A model generated the notes under the pieces. It searched no databases and had not been told where the DNA came from. It saw only the letters and a list, made by a program, of their open reading frames with translations. A stretch of 64,000 nucleotides of DNA, taken from contig CAZUBE010000006.1 of NCBI GenBank assembly GCA_964618495.1, positions 2,727-66,726 on the forward strand, given 5' to 3'. The position numbers and the translations under genes were made by a program. Position 1 is the stretch's first letter. Each line of letters begins with the position of its first letter. The stretch comes from an uncultured Brachymonas sp. Its GTDB lineage: Bacteria; Pseudomonadota; Gammaproteobacteria; Burkholderiales; Burkholderiaceae_C. Positions 43,088 to 54,580 of this stretch are shown here, piece by piece.

Positions 43088-44943
43088 AGTGACTCCTGCG
43101 CTGCATCAACAATAATACCTGGTTGCACCGACATGTCTGGTGAGACACCCAGCAAACGCAGGGTTTGTTGCGTCACATCACTAAAAACAGGCGCTGCCAC
43201 TGTACTGCCATAAATACTACCCTGAGGCTCGTCAATCATCACACCAATAACCACACGTGGCGCTTCAATCGGCGCGATGCCAACAAACGAAGCCCTGTAT
43301 TTGCCGCCTGCATAGCTTTTGCCTACCTGCTTGCGTGCAGTACCGGTTTTGCCTCCGACCGAATACCCCACCGTTTGCGCCTGCTGCGCTGTACCACCTG
43401 GCAAAGTAACGTTATGCAGCATGCGAAGCACGTCTTTGGCAACCTTGCCGCTAAAAACACGCGTCCCCTGCTGGGCTGCAAGTGGCTGAATTTTTCCTGC
43501 CTTATCTGCCGCTCCGTCACGCACCAGCGTGACAGGCATCAATATGCCATCACGTGCAAAAACAGAATACATGCGCGTTAACTGAAACAGACTGGTTGAC
43601 AAACCATAGCCATACGACATAGTCGCATGCTCAATGGGACGCCAACTCTTCCAGGGCCGCAAGCGACCACTTGCCATACCAGGAAATGGCAGATCAGGCT
43701 TTTGACCCAAGCCAACACTATGGAAGCTCTCCCACATATCACGGGCAGACATGCGCTGTGCAATTTTGACAACCCCCACGTTGCTTGATTTCTGAATAAC
43801 ACCACTAACAGTTAATGAACCGTAGTTATGCACATCGCCAATGGTTGCGCCATTGATGGTCATTTTTCCGGGCTCGGTAACGATTTGCGTATTCGGTGTT
43901 ACTTTTTGCTGCTCCAGCGCCAGAGCCACCGTTAAAGGCTTGATGGTTGAGCCTGGTTCATAAATATCCGTCAACGCACGGTTACGCAATTGCTCCCCAC
44001 TCAAATTCTTGCGGTTGCCGGGATCGTAGCTGGGGTAATTAGCCAACGCCAAAACCTCACCCGTTTGCACATCCAGCACTACTACACTGCCACCTTTGGC
44101 ACGTTGCGCCAAAACAGCATCTCGCAATTTCTGCCAAGCAAAATACTGCACTTTGCTATCAATCGTCAGATGAATATCCTTCCCATCCATTGGTGGCACT
44201 TCATCACCGATACTTTCCACCACACGCCCCAGCCTGTCACGAATCACTCGCCGCGAACCCGTGCGCCCCGCCAACTGTGCATTGAAAGTGCGCTCCATTC
44301 CCTCTTGGCCTTTGTCCTCAACATCGGTAAAGCCAACGATATGCGCTACAGCACTGCCCTCGGGATATTGCCGACGGTATTCCTTGCGCTGATAAATACC
44401 TTTAATCCCCAGCGCAGCTATCTGCTTGGAAATATCCTCATCCACCTGCCGCTTGATATAAACAAAATTTTTTTCATCATTGGACAGTCTGCTTTTCACC
44501 TCTTTCAGTGGCATTCCCAACAACCGTGCCATTTTCACAATTTTTTCGTGATCAGCCTGCTGCGCAACCTCTTCAGGAAAAGCCCAAATAGCCTGCGCTG
44601 GAACGCTTGAAGCCAGAATCAATCCATTACGATCAAGAATACGCCCACGATTTGCAGGCAACTCCAATGTGCGCACAAATCGCACTTCACCTTGTTTGAT
44701 AAAGAAATCATTGCCTATGATTTGCACATAGGCTGCACGTCCTGCAAGCCCCAAGAAACCCAAGGCCAAACAGATCAGCATCAACTGGCTACGCCATACG
44801 GGCGTATAGCTTGTCAGCAGAGGATTAACTCCTAGAGAAATGTTATTGACGCCTTTGACGCTGGTAATTCCGCGCAGGCTTTTCTGCAGCGCCTTGTCTT
44901 GCCTGCTCTGCTTGCCCCCTGGTAAGCGCAACCACGGCATCAT
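43084..44943 (-). CDS. ftsI: Penicillin-binding protein 3 (FtsI)
   Basis: RGRILDRNG, EPGSTIK (SxxK), SSN and KTGT. Confidence 0.97.
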   Translation of the reverse strand: MMPWLRLPGGKQSRQDKALQKSLRGITSVKGVNNISLGVNPLLTSYTPVWRSQLMLICLALGFLGLAGRAAYVQIIGNDFFIKQGEVRFVRTLELPANRGRILDRNGLILASSVPAQAIWAFPEEVAQQADHEKIVKMARLLGMPLKEVKSRLSNDEKNFVYIKRQVDEDISKQIAALGIKGIYQRKEYRRQYPEGSAVAHIVGFTDVEDKGQEGMERTFNAQLAGRTGSRRVIRDRLGRVVESIGDEVPPMDGKDIHLTIDSKVQYFAWQKLRDAVLAQRAKGGSVVVLDVQTGEVLALANYPSYDPGNRKNLSGEQLRNRALTDIYEPGSTIKPLTVALALEQQKVTPNTQIVTEPGKMTINGATIGDVHNYGSLTVSGVIQKSSNVGVVKIAQRMSARDMWESFHSVGLGQKPDLPFPGMASGRLRPWKSWRPIEHATMSYGYGLSTSLFQLTRMYSVFARDGILMPVTLVRDGAADKAGKIQPLAAQQGTRVFSGKVAKDVLRMLHNVTLPGGTAQQAQTVGYSVGGKTGTARKQVGKSYAGGKYRASFVGIAPIEAPRVVIGVMIDEPQGSIYGSTVAAPVFSDVTQQTLRLLGVSPDMSVQPGIIVDAAQESL

Positions 44944-45278
44944 GGCTTTTTCTCCACAGGAGCAGAACGCACTGCAGCGGCAGTCACGTTCGGTGCACTC
45001 ACCTGCACGACACCACCTTTTATGGAAACATATTGCGTAATAGCAGGAGTTGTCTCGCGCATCCCCAGCTTGGTACGCGCCATACTTTCTACCCTCAGGG
45101 CAGCAGCTTGCGCACGTTTTTGCACTTGAAGTGTTTCACGCTCAGTTTCGAGCTTGCGCGCCGCGGCTTGCGCCCTGTCCATTGCGGTATACAAAGTCCG
45201 CGACTGGTACTGCAAACGCACCAAATAAAAGGCGCTTGCCAGCACTGCGCCAAGCAACAAAAGGCTGATGCGCGTCAT
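44940..45278 (-). CDS. ftsL: Cell division protein FtsL
   Basis: TM + coiled coil, coupled between rsmH and ftsI. Confidence 0.9.
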   Translation of the reverse strand: MTRISLLLLGAVLASAFYLVRLQYQSRTLYTAMDRAQAAARKLETERETLQVQKRAQAAALRVESMARTKLGMRETTPAITQYVSIKGGVVQVSAPNVTAAAVRSAPVEKKP

Positions 45279-46222
45279 ACCCGCACCTCACTGCGTGGCA
45301 TGTTACGCACCGCCACGCGCAAAATAGCGCTACGCGCACGCGGGTTTTGCTGCACCTCATCGCTGCTGGGGCGCAAGCGCACCACATCGCGCAGCGGCAT
45401 AGGCACAGGCGCTTGCGCAAAAGCGGCAGGCAAACGCCTATCGAAAACTTCGCGCGAATGCTGCACCATGAATTGCTTGACTATGCGGTCTTCCAGCGAA
45501 TGGAAAGTAATCACCGCCAAGCGCCCTTCGGGTTTGAGCACGGTGAGCGCCGACTCTAGCGCCTGCCGCAACTCCTCAAGCTCGGCGTTGATGTAAATCC
45601 TAAAAGCCTGAAATGTCCGCGTTGCAGGGTCCTTACCCGGCTCGCGGGTTTTGACCGCACCAGCCACGATGCTGGCCAGTTCGGCTGTGCTTGTAATAGC
45701 GCCCCGCTCTTGTCGGCGAGCATCAATCGCCTTTGCAATTTGTGTAGCAAACCGTTCTTCGCCATAGTCACGTATCACCTCCGCAATGTGTTCAGTTTTC
45801 GCCGTCGCCAGCCAGTCGGCCACGCTCACGCCGCGCGTGGTGTCCATGCGCATATCGAGCGGGCCGTCGTGCCTGAAAGAAAAACCCCGCTCTGGCGTAT
45901 CAATTTGCGGGGAGCTCACTCCCAAATCCAGCAGCACTCCATCTACGCTGTGCGCTGGTAAGGCGGCAAGGGCTGTAAAGCTTTCGTGCCGAATGGAAAA
46001 ACGGGTGTCTTCAATCGCATTGGCGCAAGCAATCGCTTGCGGGTCTTTGTCAAAAGCAATCAAGCGCCCGCCAAGCTCCAGCCTGCCCAAAATGGCGCGG
46101 CTATGCCCGCCACGGCCAAAAGTACCATCCACATAGCAGCCCGATGCGGTATGCACCAACGCATCAACCGCCTCATTGAGCAGTACGGGAATGTGGCTTG
46201 TTTCCAGATTCATGGCAGCCAC
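45275..46222 (-). CDS. rsmH: 16S rRNA m4C1402 methyltransferase
   Basis: [37 protein letters not shown] and NPRARSA. Confidence 0.98.
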   Translation of the reverse strand: MAAMNLETSHIPVLLNEAVDALVHTASGCYVDGTFGRGGHSRAILGRLELGGRLIAFDKDPQAIACANAIEDTRFSIRHESFTALAALPAHSVDGVLLDLGVSSPQIDTPERGFSFRHDGPLDMRMDTTRGVSVADWLATAKTEHIAEVIRDYGEERFATQIAKAIDARRQERGAITSTAELASIVAGAVKTREPGKDPATRTFQAFRIYINAELEELRQALESALTVLKPEGRLAVITFHSLEDRIVKQFMVQHSREVFDRRLPAAFAQAPVPMPLRDVVRLRPSSDEVQQNPRARSAILRVAVRNMPRSEVRV

Positions 46223-46224
46223 TC

Positions 46225-46674
46225 CTAGAACACGAAATTGGCCAATGTTTCAGGCAAGGGCTGCTGGCGCGCCAGTGCCTCTTTGGCTGCGTAGACTTGC
46301 TTGTCCCACAACTCGAAATGGCTGCCATTGCCTAGCAGCATGGCATCTTTGCCCAGCATGCAGGCCTCACGCAGCTCAGGCGATATCAAAATGCGGCCGC
46401 TGCTCTGATCCATATCCAGCCCCACTGCGTTGCCTAGCACGATGCGCTTTTGCCAACTGGCAGACATGGGCCATGCGGCAACGCGGTCGCGGAATGTTTC
46501 CCACTCCACTTCAGGGAAAAGCAGCAAGCAATCTTCTTGAAAATGCCGTGTGATGTGCAGGCGGCCGCCACCCATCGCAAGCAATGCTTCGCGGTAGCGG
46601 GTCGGGATAGATACCCGGCCTTTAACATCAACAGAAAGAGCGGTTGCGCCTTCAAACACGACAGTTCCGATCAA
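46225..46674 (-). CDS. mraZ: dcw transcriptional regulator MraZ
   Basis: [15 protein letters not shown] and GNGSHFELW; first gene of dcw. Confidence 0.95.
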   Translation of the reverse strand: MIGTVVFEGATALSVDVKGRVSIPTRYREALLAMGGGRLHITRHFQEDCLLLFPEVEWETFRDRVAAWPMSASWQKRIVLGNAVGLDMDQSSGRILISPELREACMLGKDAMLLGNGSHFELWDKQVYAAKEALARQQPLPETLANFVF

Positions 46675-46720
46675 AGAGGTTCAAGAATGGAGTTAAAAAT
46701 TAACAAAAATGGCTCTTTTT

Positions 46721-46750
46721 GCCACTTCTCTCCACCTTTCGCCACTTTAC
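46721..46750 (-). promoter_or_regulatory. Putative MraZ-binding direct repeats
   Basis: Three 10-bp-period repeats on the minus strand (GTAAAGTGGC GAAAGGTGGA GAGAAGTGGC) just upstream of mraZ. Confidence 0.75.
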
Positions 46751-46918
46751 CAGCAAAGAAGGCTCAATACAACCTTATCAAGAAAAAAATTTAATGAAAT
46801 CAATGCATTAGTCACGCTTGGGCAAGCTGACTAGCAAGCTCTGCAAACAAATAAACCCGCTAAAAATAACAACTTAGGCAACACTATCAAAGTGCTGCCT
46901 TAAACATGTTTGTCATAT

Positions 46919-48253
46919 TTACAAAATGTAGCGCGACAGGTCTTCGTTGCAACTTAGCTCCGCCAGGCGTGCGTCGACATAGGCAGCATCAATCACCATG
47001 GTTTGGCCCTGCAGATTGCTGGCGGTGAAGCTGATGTCATCAAGCAAGCGCTCCATTACGGTAGCTAGCCGCCTAGCTCCAATGTTTTCGGTGCGCTCGT
47101 TTACCGAGAATGCAATATGCGCCAATCTGGTAATGCCTTCTGGCTCAAACTGCAGCGTCACGCCTTCGGTTGCAAGCAAGGCTTGGTATTGCTTGACCAG
47201 CGAAGCATGGGTTTGCGTGAGGATGGCCTCGAAGTCTTGCACCGACAGGCTTTGCAACTCCACCCGTATCGGAAAGCGCCCTTGCAGCTCGGGTATCAGG
47301 TCGCTGGGTTTGCTCAAATGGAAAGCGCCCGAGGCCACAAACAGGATGTGGTCGGTCTTGATCATGCCGTATTTGGTGCTTACCGTAGTGCCTTCAACCA
47401 GCGGCAGCAAGTCGCGCTGCACGCCTTGGCGCGATACATCTGCGCCGCTGCGCTCGTTGCTGCCTGCTACTTTGTCAATTTCGTCAATAAAAACGATGCC
47501 GTTTTGCTCGGCGTTTTCTAGCGCGTGGCTGCGTATTTCTTCTTCATTGACCAGTTTGGCTGCTTCTTCGTCGGCGAGTTGGCGCAAAGCCTCAGCCACC
47601 TTGATACGGCGCGTTTTGCGCTTGTCTTGCCCCATGCTGCTAAACATGCCCCGCAATTGCTCGGCCATTTCTTCCATGCCCGCAGGACCCATGATTTGCA
47701 TGGCTGGCGCAGCATCTGCCAAGTCAATTTCAATGTCTTTGTCGTTGAGTTGACCTTCGCGCAGTTTTTTGCGAAATATCTGGCGCGTATTGCTCTCGCT
47801 ACTGCCTTCGCTGGCAGGCGCGTCTTCGGCCGTGCGTGCGCCTGGCAGCAGTGCATCAAGTATGCGCTCCTCAGCAGCAGCCTCAGCCTTGGTGCGCACT
47901 TCGCGCATGGCTACTTCGCGGGTTTGCTTGACAGCTACTTCGGCCAAATCGCGGATGATGGCATCTACATCTTTGCCCACATAGCCCACTTCGGTGAACT
48001 TGGTAGCCTCAACCTTGATAAAGGGTGCATCGGCCAGCCGTGCCAGCCGACGCGCAATTTCTGTTTTGCCAACGCCTGTGGGCCCAATCATCAAGATGTT
48101 TTTGGGCGTAATTTCAGGGCGTAATTTTTCATCCACCTGCTGCCTGCGCCAGCGGTTACGCAAAGCAATGGCTACAGCGCGTTTGGCTTGTTGTTGGCCA
48201 ACAATGTGGCGGTCGAGTTCGGAGACGATTTCCTGCGGGGTCATGGAAGACAT
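46919..48253 (-). CDS. hslU: ATP-dependent protease ATPase subunit HslU
   Basis: [27 protein letters not shown] and ELQGRFP. Confidence 0.98.
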   Translation of the reverse strand: MSSMTPQEIVSELDRHIVGQQQAKRAVAIALRNRWRRQQVDEKLRPEITPKNILMIGPTGVGKTEIARRLARLADAPFIKVEATKFTEVGYVGKDVDAIIRDLAEVAVKQTREVAMREVRTKAEAAAEERILDALLPGARTAEDAPASEGSSESNTRQIFRKKLREGQLNDKDIEIDLADAAPAMQIMGPAGMEEMAEQLRGMFSSMGQDKRKTRRIKVAEALRQLADEEAAKLVNEEEIRSHALENAEQNGIVFIDEIDKVAGSNERSGADVSRQGVQRDLLPLVEGTTVSTKYGMIKTDHILFVASGAFHLSKPSDLIPELQGRFPIRVELQSLSVQDFEAILTQTHASLVKQYQALLATEGVTLQFEPEGITRLAHIAFSVNERTENIGARRLATVMERLLDDISFTASNLQGQTMVIDAAYVDARLAELSCNEDLSRYIL

Positions 48254-48356
48254 GGCTATGTGTTGTGTGCTACGGGTCAAAGGGGAAAACGGGCATTTAA
48301 GCCGCAAAGGCTAAATACGCGGGTAACAGAAAAAAGATTGTGCTGCGTGCTAGTCG

Positions 48357-48902
48357 TTACAGCGTTTCTATCGTGTGCTGCATATTGGTGTAAATGCACA
48401 GCTCGCCAGCTATGGCAAGCGACTTGCGCACGATTTCTTCGGCTGAAAGCTCGGTGTTATCGAGCAATGCCTTGGCAGCAGATTGGGCATAAGCACCGCC
48501 CGAGCCGATGGCAACAATGCCGTTTTCAGGCTCAAGCACGTCACCATTGCCTGTGATGATGAGGGAGGCATCTTTGTTGGCTACGGCCAGCATGGCTTCG
48601 AGCTTGCGCAGTACGCGGTCGGTACGCCAGTCTTTGGTCAGCTCAATGGCTGCGCGCACAAGATGCCCTTGGTGCTTTTCGAGCTTGGCCTCAAAGCGCT
48701 CAAACAGGGTAAAAGCATCGGCCGTAGCGCCCGCAAAACCAGCCAAAACCTGGTCTTTGTAGAGTTTGCGCACTTTACGTGCCGTGCCTTTCACAACGAT
48801 ATTGCCCAGCGTAACCTGCCCGTCGCCGCCTATGGCAAGTTGCAAGCCTTGTGGTGTGTTGCGGCGCACGCTGATAATTGTGGTTCCGTGGTACTGTTCC
48901 AT
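48357..48902 (-). CDS. hslV: ATP-dependent protease peptidase subunit HslV
   Basis: [18 protein letters not shown] and IGSGG. Confidence 0.98.
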   Translation of the reverse strand: MEQYHGTTIISVRRNTPQGLQLAIGGDGQVTLGNIVVKGTARKVRKLYKDQVLAGFAGATADAFTLFERFEAKLEKHQGHLVRAAIELTKDWRTDRVLRKLEAMLAVANKDASLIITGNGDVLEPENGIVAIGSGGAYAQSAAKALLDNTELSAEEIVRKSLAIAGELCIYTNMQHTIETL

Positions 48903-49066
48903 ATCTGCTTGAAGTTTCTGTTTTTTAAAAAGATTTCTAAAAGATGGGGTGCTTGCCAGATTTTGCAAGTGGCGCGGCCTATGTCTGCAATAACATTGGC
49001 TACAAAACGGCGATAAAACCCATTATCTTTTTCAAGATATATAGCCTAGCCTACTCACGGCATACT

Positions 49067-49486
49067 TCAGGCAAGCGCTTGCGGCAGGCCAAAAACCCTG
49101 TCAAAAACCCAAGTAAAAACGATGGTATAGACGAAGAAGAAGACAAATATCCCCAATTCAAGCAAAAACGCATCAAACAGCGACACCTTCATCCACCACG
49201 CCATAACAGGAACCAATATAAAAACCAGCCCGCCTTCAAAACCCAAGCCATGCACGGCGCGGCGCAAGAAGGTGCGGTTTTTGTCTGCCTGGCGGCTCTC
49301 CCAACGCTCAAACAAGGTGTTAAATACATAATTCCACGCCAAAGCAATGCCCGAAATGGCAGCCGAAAAACCCAGTGCCGACAGCATGGGCTTGCCGCTC
49401 AGGTGCGCCATAACAGGCCCCATCCCCAAAATCGCAACAATTTCATATAGCACCGCATAAACAACGCGGCGGGTTTTGGGCGACAT
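49067..49486 (-). CDS. PACE-family (AceI-like) efflux transporter
   Basis: RRVVYAVLYE...WNYVFN.LFE and RRAVHGLGFEGG...Y...F.W.FD tandem BTP repeats. Confidence 0.9.
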   Translation of the reverse strand: MSPKTRRVVYAVLYEIVAILGMGPVMAHLSGKPMLSALGFSAAISGIALAWNYVFNTLFERWESRQADKNRTFLRRAVHGLGFEGGLVFILVPVMAWWMKVSLFDAFLLELGIFVFFFVYTIVFTWVFDRVFGLPQALA

Positions 49487-49713
49487 GCTAACTTGAATAA
49501 GGGCTTGCTTGGACATGACTTTTTTGCTCTGAAAGAAAAGCGCACCAGTCTAACAAACAATAAAAAACAGAAGTTTTTTGCCAAAGCCGCCCATTTTTTA
49601 GCTCTTCGCATGCCATATGCTGCTATCTTTGGTTCTGCTCCTGTTTGCAGCTCTTGTTTACAGCCCTTGCATTGGCAGCGCCACCCACCACCACTTTGCC
49701 CCCAAAAAACCCG

Positions 49714-51354
49714 ATGAGCCGACCTTCAGCCCCAAAGCCACGCACTGCCACCAGCGCCCGCAATAGCCAGCCGCGCACCCACGCGCACGGCAGCACCAGC
49801 ATACGCAGCGACTCTCCCCGCGCTCTGTGGCAGCAATTGCAACAAGTGGCGGCTTTGGTGCAGGCGGTGCAAGCGGGCAGCAGCGCCACCGCCGTGCTTG
49901 AACAAATGGATGCGGCGCATCGCCCTGGCGTGCAGGCATTGGGCTATGCCGTGCTGCGTAATTTGGGTGTGGCGCAATGGCTGCTTGGGCAACTGGTGCA
50001 ACGCAAACCACCCGCCCCAGTGCTGGCGCTACTTTGCTCGGCACTGGCTTTGGCATGGCAAAGCCCTGCACACAAGCCAGCCGAGCAAGAAGCATGTACT
50101 AACACTGGCAGCGGCAATGGCAAGCAGCTAGCCCAACCCGCCGCTGTCACGCCATCAGCCACCACACCCACAACACATGCCAGCAGTGCCAGCAGCGCCC
50201 TGCCAGAGTACACCGACTTTACGCTGGTCAGCCAAGCGGTTGAAGCCGCCAAGCGCCACCCACAAATGCAGCACCAAGCCAGCTTGGTTAATGCCTGCCT
50301 GCGCCGCTTTTTGCGAGAGCGAGCGCTTTGGCTACAACGCTGCCAACAAGCTAGCCCACAGGGACAAACCGCCTTGCTCAACCTGCCTAACTGGTGGCTC
50401 AAGCAACTGCAACACGACCACCCCAGCAACGCAACCGAAATCGCTCTGGCAGGCCAACAGCAAGCACCCATGACGCTGCGCGTTAATGCGCAGCATATGT
50501 CAGCCCACACTTACTTGCACACGCATTTGCAAGCCGCTGGCCTGTCTGGCACATTAACGGGCAGCGCAGGCATTGTGTTACACCAGCCTTGCGCTGTGCA
50601 GCACTTGCCTGGCTTTGCGCAAGGCAGGGTCTCAGTCCAAGACGCTGGCGCACAGCTCGCAGCCCCGTTGCTGCTTGATGCCCTCAGCGCCCGCACCAGC
50701 CAGCACGCTGCCCAGCCAGCCCCGCTGCGCCTGCTTGATGCCTGCTCTGCCCCAGGCGGCAAAACCGCGCACCTGCTCGAACTGGCCAACCACACCGTTA
50801 CCGCGCTGGATATAGATGCCCAGCGCTGCCAGCGCGTTGCCGAAACCCTGCAACGCTTGGGGCTACAAGCCAGTCTGCGCACGGCAGATGCAGCCGCACC
50901 GCAAGACTGGTGGGATGGCAAGCCATTTGACGGCATTTTGCTTGATGCACCCTGCACCGCTTCAGGCATTGTGCGCCGCCACCCCGATATTGTCTGGCTA
51001 CGCAGACCGCAAGACATTGCCAGCTTGGCCGCCCAGCAGCAACGCTTGCTTGAGGCGCTATGGCCGCTGCTGGCTGTGGGCGGCGTTATGCTGTACTGCA
51101 CTTGCTCGGTATTCAAGGCCGAAGGCGAAACGCAAATACAGGCATTTTGCGCGCGCCACCGCAACGCCAAGCGCCTGCCTGCTCCCGGGCACTTATTACC
51201 CGCTTTGCGCTACACCCATAAAATAACGCCAGAAAATCATGCGCTTAACGCCGATAATTCAGCAAGCTCGGCAAATGCGGCACAATCACCCTGTATTAAG
51301 CACACCTTCGATCATGACGGTTTTTTCTATGCCCTACTTGCCAAAACCGACTGA
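49714..51354 (+). CDS. rsmB: 16S rRNA m5C967 methyltransferase (Sun/RsmB)
   Basis: VQDAGAQ, DACSAPGGKT, LDAPCTASG and YCTCS; low-complexity internal insert. Confidence 0.93.
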   Translation: MSRPSAPKPRTATSARNSQPRTHAHGSTSIRSDSPRALWQQLQQVAALVQAVQAGSSATAVLEQMDAAHRPGVQALGYAVLRNLGVAQWLLGQLVQRKPPAPVLALLCSALALAWQSPAHKPAEQEACTNTGSGNGKQLAQPAAVTPSATTPTTHASSASSALPEYTDFTLVSQAVEAAKRHPQMQHQASLVNACLRRFLRERALWLQRCQQASPQGQTALLNLPNWWLKQLQHDHPSNATEIALAGQQQAPMTLRVNAQHMSAHTYLHTHLQAAGLSGTLTGSAGIVLHQPCAVQHLPGFAQGRVSVQDAGAQLAAPLLLDALSARTSQHAAQPAPLRLLDACSAPGGKTAHLLELANHTVTALDIDAQRCQRVAETLQRLGLQASLRTADAAAPQDWWDGKPFDGILLDAPCTASGIVRRHPDIVWLRRPQDIASLAAQQQRLLEALWPLLAVGGVMLYCTCSVFKAEGETQIQAFCARHRNAKRLPAPGHLLPALRYTHKITPENHALNADNSASSANAAQSPCIKHTFDHDGFFYALLAKTD

Positions 51355-52012
51355 TTGTCTGCACGCCCTCAAGCGCCTGCGGCATAGTTGGCGCAGCTAT
51401 CTCTGCATGGCTGCATGCCTGCTGGCCGTCTTTTTCTGCCTGCCCGCACGCTACGCTTACGCACAAGGCAGCACCAACACCATCACCGACGTGCGTTTTG
51501 AGAGCATAGATGATGCCGTGCGCATGAGTGGCAACGTGCGCTTTACCTTATCTGATTCGCTTCATGGCACGCTTGACAAAGGAGTGCCTGTTTACTTCCT
51601 GTTTGAAACCAGCACATCGCGCAGCCGCTGGTATTGGGCAGACAAGGTAATTCACAGCAGCAAGCGCCATATTCGCCTGATGTACCAACCACTAACACGC
51701 CGCTGGCGCGTAAATGTGAGCAGTGAGCCATTTAGCCGTGGGCTGGTTGGTGTGGTGCTCAACCAAAATTACGACTCGCTAGACGCTGCACTCAGCTCTA
51801 TCCAGCGCATATCCAACTGGCAAGTGCTCGACGCGCCAGACTGGTCGGGCGACGGCAGCTACACCGTACGCGCCCGCTTTCGGCTGGATTTATCGCAACT
51901 CCAGCGCCCGCTGCAACTGGGCACTGTAGGGCAATCGGAGTGGAAGCTCGATATAGAGCGCAGCTTTCGCCTGACTCAACAAGACTTGGGCAAGGCTTTT
52001 GCAGGTAACTAG
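51314..52012 (+). CDS. DUF4390-family exported protein
   Basis: GVPVYF, RWYWAD and YQPLTRRWRV; conserved position between rsmB and ntrY. Confidence 0.85.
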   Translation: MTVFSMPYLPKPTDCLHALKRLRHSWRSYLCMAACLLAVFFCLPARYAYAQGSTNTITDVRFESIDDAVRMSGNVRFTLSDSLHGTLDKGVPVYFLFETSTSRSRWYWADKVIHSSKRHIRLMYQPLTRRWRVNVSSEPFSRGLVGVVLNQNYDSLDAALSSIQRISNWQVLDAPDWSGDGSYTVRARFRLDLSQLQRPLQLGTVGQSEWKLDIERSFRLTQQDLGKAFAGN

Positions 52013-52099
52013 CGCCATGCCCATACATAGCCCCTTGACAACACCTTGCATCAGCAGCGTAGCTTGCCCTCCCGCCAGCTATTGCGTGCGCCAATTGCC

Positions 52100-54496
52100 A
52101 TGATTGCCACATTCAAACGCCTTTGGCAAAACTCTCGCGCCCTGCGCTGGTCTACGGCTGGCTGGGTCGCGATATTGGGCATGATTGCTCTGGCCATGAT
52201 TTATTTGCTGACGCAGGCAACCACCAACAACAGCGCCATTTACGAACGCAATTACCAACGTTTGCTCATTGCCAATCTGGTCGTGGTCGCCGCGCTGCTG
52301 GCTGTACTTTTCTGGCTGGCATGGCATATGTGGCAGCGCCTGCGCAAAGGCAAATTCGGCAGCCGTTTGCTGCTCAAACTAGCCATGGTCTTTGTACTGG
52401 TTGCCAGTGTGCCCGGGGCGCTGCTGTATTTGGTGTCATACCAGTTCGTCACACGCTCTATCGAAAGCTGGTTTGACGTAAAAGTAGAAACCGCCTTGAA
52501 TGCAGGCCTGAGCCTTGGGCGCAGCGTGCTTGATACGCTCACCACAGACGCCTCTAACAAAACCCGCGCCATCGCGCAGGAAATGGGCAATCAAACGGTA
52601 TTTGATATGGGACTTACGCTAGAACGCCTGCGTAGCCAGCAAAATGCAGATAGGCTGGTTATCTGGAGCCAGACTGGCACGCAGATTGCATCTTCATCCG
52701 TAGTGCGTTTTTTGCCTGCAAACACCCCCCCTTCGGCTGACGTATTTGAAACCCTTAAAACCCAACCAGTAATTGCCTTTATCGAGGGGCTTGATGATGC
52801 GCTTGACCCAGCCACAAGCAGCACTACCAGCCACACACAAGCCAAACCACTCACGCCTACCCGCATCGTGGTCTACAGCTTGGTGCGGCCTGCGCAATTC
52901 GGTCTGCAAAGTCAGGCATGGGTATTGCAGCTAGAGCAATCTATACCGCCAGAGCTGCTGCAAAACGCCATCATGGTGCAAGAAGCCAACCGCGACTACC
53001 AAGAACGCGCACTAGCCCGCCTTGGCCTGCAACGCATGTTCATCGGCACACTCACGCTCACCTTGTTTTTAGCCGTATTTGGCGCAGTGCTGCTCGCTTC
53101 ACTGCTGGCTGCACAACTCGCACGCCCTTTGCTGTATCTGGCTGAAGGCGTGCGCCAAGTCGCCGCTGGCGACCTCAGCCCCAAAAACATCGACACCGCA
53201 CAAGACGAGCTGGGCGGCCTCACGCGCTCTTTTGCCCAAATGACGCAGCAACTAGCCGACACCCGCCAGGCACTGACCAGCAGTATGAGCGAGCTTGACG
53301 CATCACGCTGTGAGCTGCAAACTATTTTAGACAACCTCACCTCGGGCGTACTCGTGCTGCAAGCCAATGGCACCATCTTGTCAGCCAACCCAGGAGCCAG
53401 CCGTATTTTGGGCATTACACAAGCACAGCTACAAGGGCAAATGCTGACCAACATCCCGGCCTTGCAAGTCATGGGCGAAGTCGTACAACAGCAATTTGAA
53501 AGCCTGCTCGACCCCGAGCAGACACAAACAACCAGCGCCAACCTGCCCGCGCCAGCTACCGAGCCAGAAAGCCCAGCCCCGACAAGCCCCAACAGCACCG
53601 CGCACAACGGCTACTGGCAGCATTCCATGGAGCTCAACCCACCCGCGCACGAAGGCCTGCAGCAAGACACCATGACGCTGGTGCTGCGCGGCGCCCTACT
53701 GCCCGAAGGTGCCGTACCCGATATGCGCCTGCTGGTATTTGAAGACATCTCAGCCATTGTCTCTGCCCAGCGCGCCCAAGCCTGGGGCGAAGTCGCTCGG
53801 CGGCTCGCACACGAAATCAAAAACCCGCTCACCCCCATACAACTATCGGCCGAGCGCCTCGAAATGAAACTCGGTGGCAGTCTGCCAGCCGAGCAGCAAG
53901 CCATCCTATCCAAATCAGTTCGCACCATCGTAGACCAAGTCGAAGCCATGAAGCGTCTAGTCAACGAATTTCGCGACTACGCCCGCCTGCCTGCCGCACA
54001 CCTGCTGCCCATAGACCTCAACGCACTCATTACCGACATCTTGCAGCTTTACGAAGCAGACAATGCCATCGTCCCCATCGTGGCTGAGCTTGACCCAGAG
54101 TGCCTGCCCGTTTTAGCCGACGCCGAACAACTGCGCCAAATCATCCACAACCTGCTGCAAAACGCCCAAGACGCCCAAGAGCAAACAGGCCACAGCAAGC
54201 AAGCCGTCACCATCCAAACCCAATGGCGCCCTGCCACACAGCGCGTACGCCTAAGCATCAACGACAACGGGCCAGGCTTTCCCGAGCACATCCTGCAACG
54301 CGCCTTCGAACCCTACGTCACCACCAAAACCAAAGGCACAGGCTTGGGGCTAGCCGTCGTCAAAAAAATTGCCGATGAACACGGCGCACGCATCAGCATC
54401 AGCAACCGCGTGCAAGACGGCGAAATACAAGGCGCACAAGTCAGCATCCTGCTGGCCACGCAGCAACAAAACGCCTCTGCCGCAACAGAGGCTTAA
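52100..54496 (+). CDS. ntrY: NtrY-like sensor histidine kinase (HAMP, PAS, HisKA)
   Basis: SIESWFD, AWGEVARRLAHEIKNPLTPIQLSAERL, NLLQNA and GTGLGL. Confidence 0.9.
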   Translation: MIATFKRLWQNSRALRWSTAGWVAILGMIALAMIYLLTQATTNNSAIYERNYQRLLIANLVVVAALLAVLFWLAWHMWQRLRKGKFGSRLLLKLAMVFVLVASVPGALLYLVSYQFVTRSIESWFDVKVETALNAGLSLGRSVLDTLTTDASNKTRAIAQEMGNQTVFDMGLTLERLRSQQNADRLVIWSQTGTQIASSSVVRFLPANTPPSADVFETLKTQPVIAFIEGLDDALDPATSSTTSHTQAKPLTPTRIVVYSLVRPAQFGLQSQAWVLQLEQSIPPELLQNAIMVQEANRDYQERALARLGLQRMFIGTLTLTLFLAVFGAVLLASLLAAQLARPLLYLAEGVRQVAAGDLSPKNIDTAQDELGGLTRSFAQMTQQLADTRQALTSSMSELDASRCELQTILDNLTSGVLVLQANGTILSANPGASRILGITQAQLQGQMLTNIPALQVMGEVVQQQFESLLDPEQTQTTSANLPAPATEPESPAPTSPNSTAHNGYWQHSMELNPPAHEGLQQDTMTLVLRGALLPEGAVPDMRLLVFEDISAIVSAQRAQAWGEVARRLAHEIKNPLTPIQLSAERLEMKLGGSLPAEQQAILSKSVRTIVDQVEAMKRLVNEFRDYARLPAAHLLPIDLNALITDILQLYEADNAIVPIVAELDPECLPVLADAEQLRQIIHNLLQNAQDAQEQTGHSKQAVTIQTQWRPATQRVRLSINDNGPGFPEHILQRAFEPYVTTKTKGTGLGLAVVKKIADEHGARISISNRVQDGEIQGAQVSILLATQQQNASAATEA

Positions 54497-54580
54497 CGCT
54501 TTTTCTATACGTTACAAAAACAGTTTTTACCTGTATCATTCAGACTAAAGACTTATGTCAGCGAAAGGCAACGCACAGCA

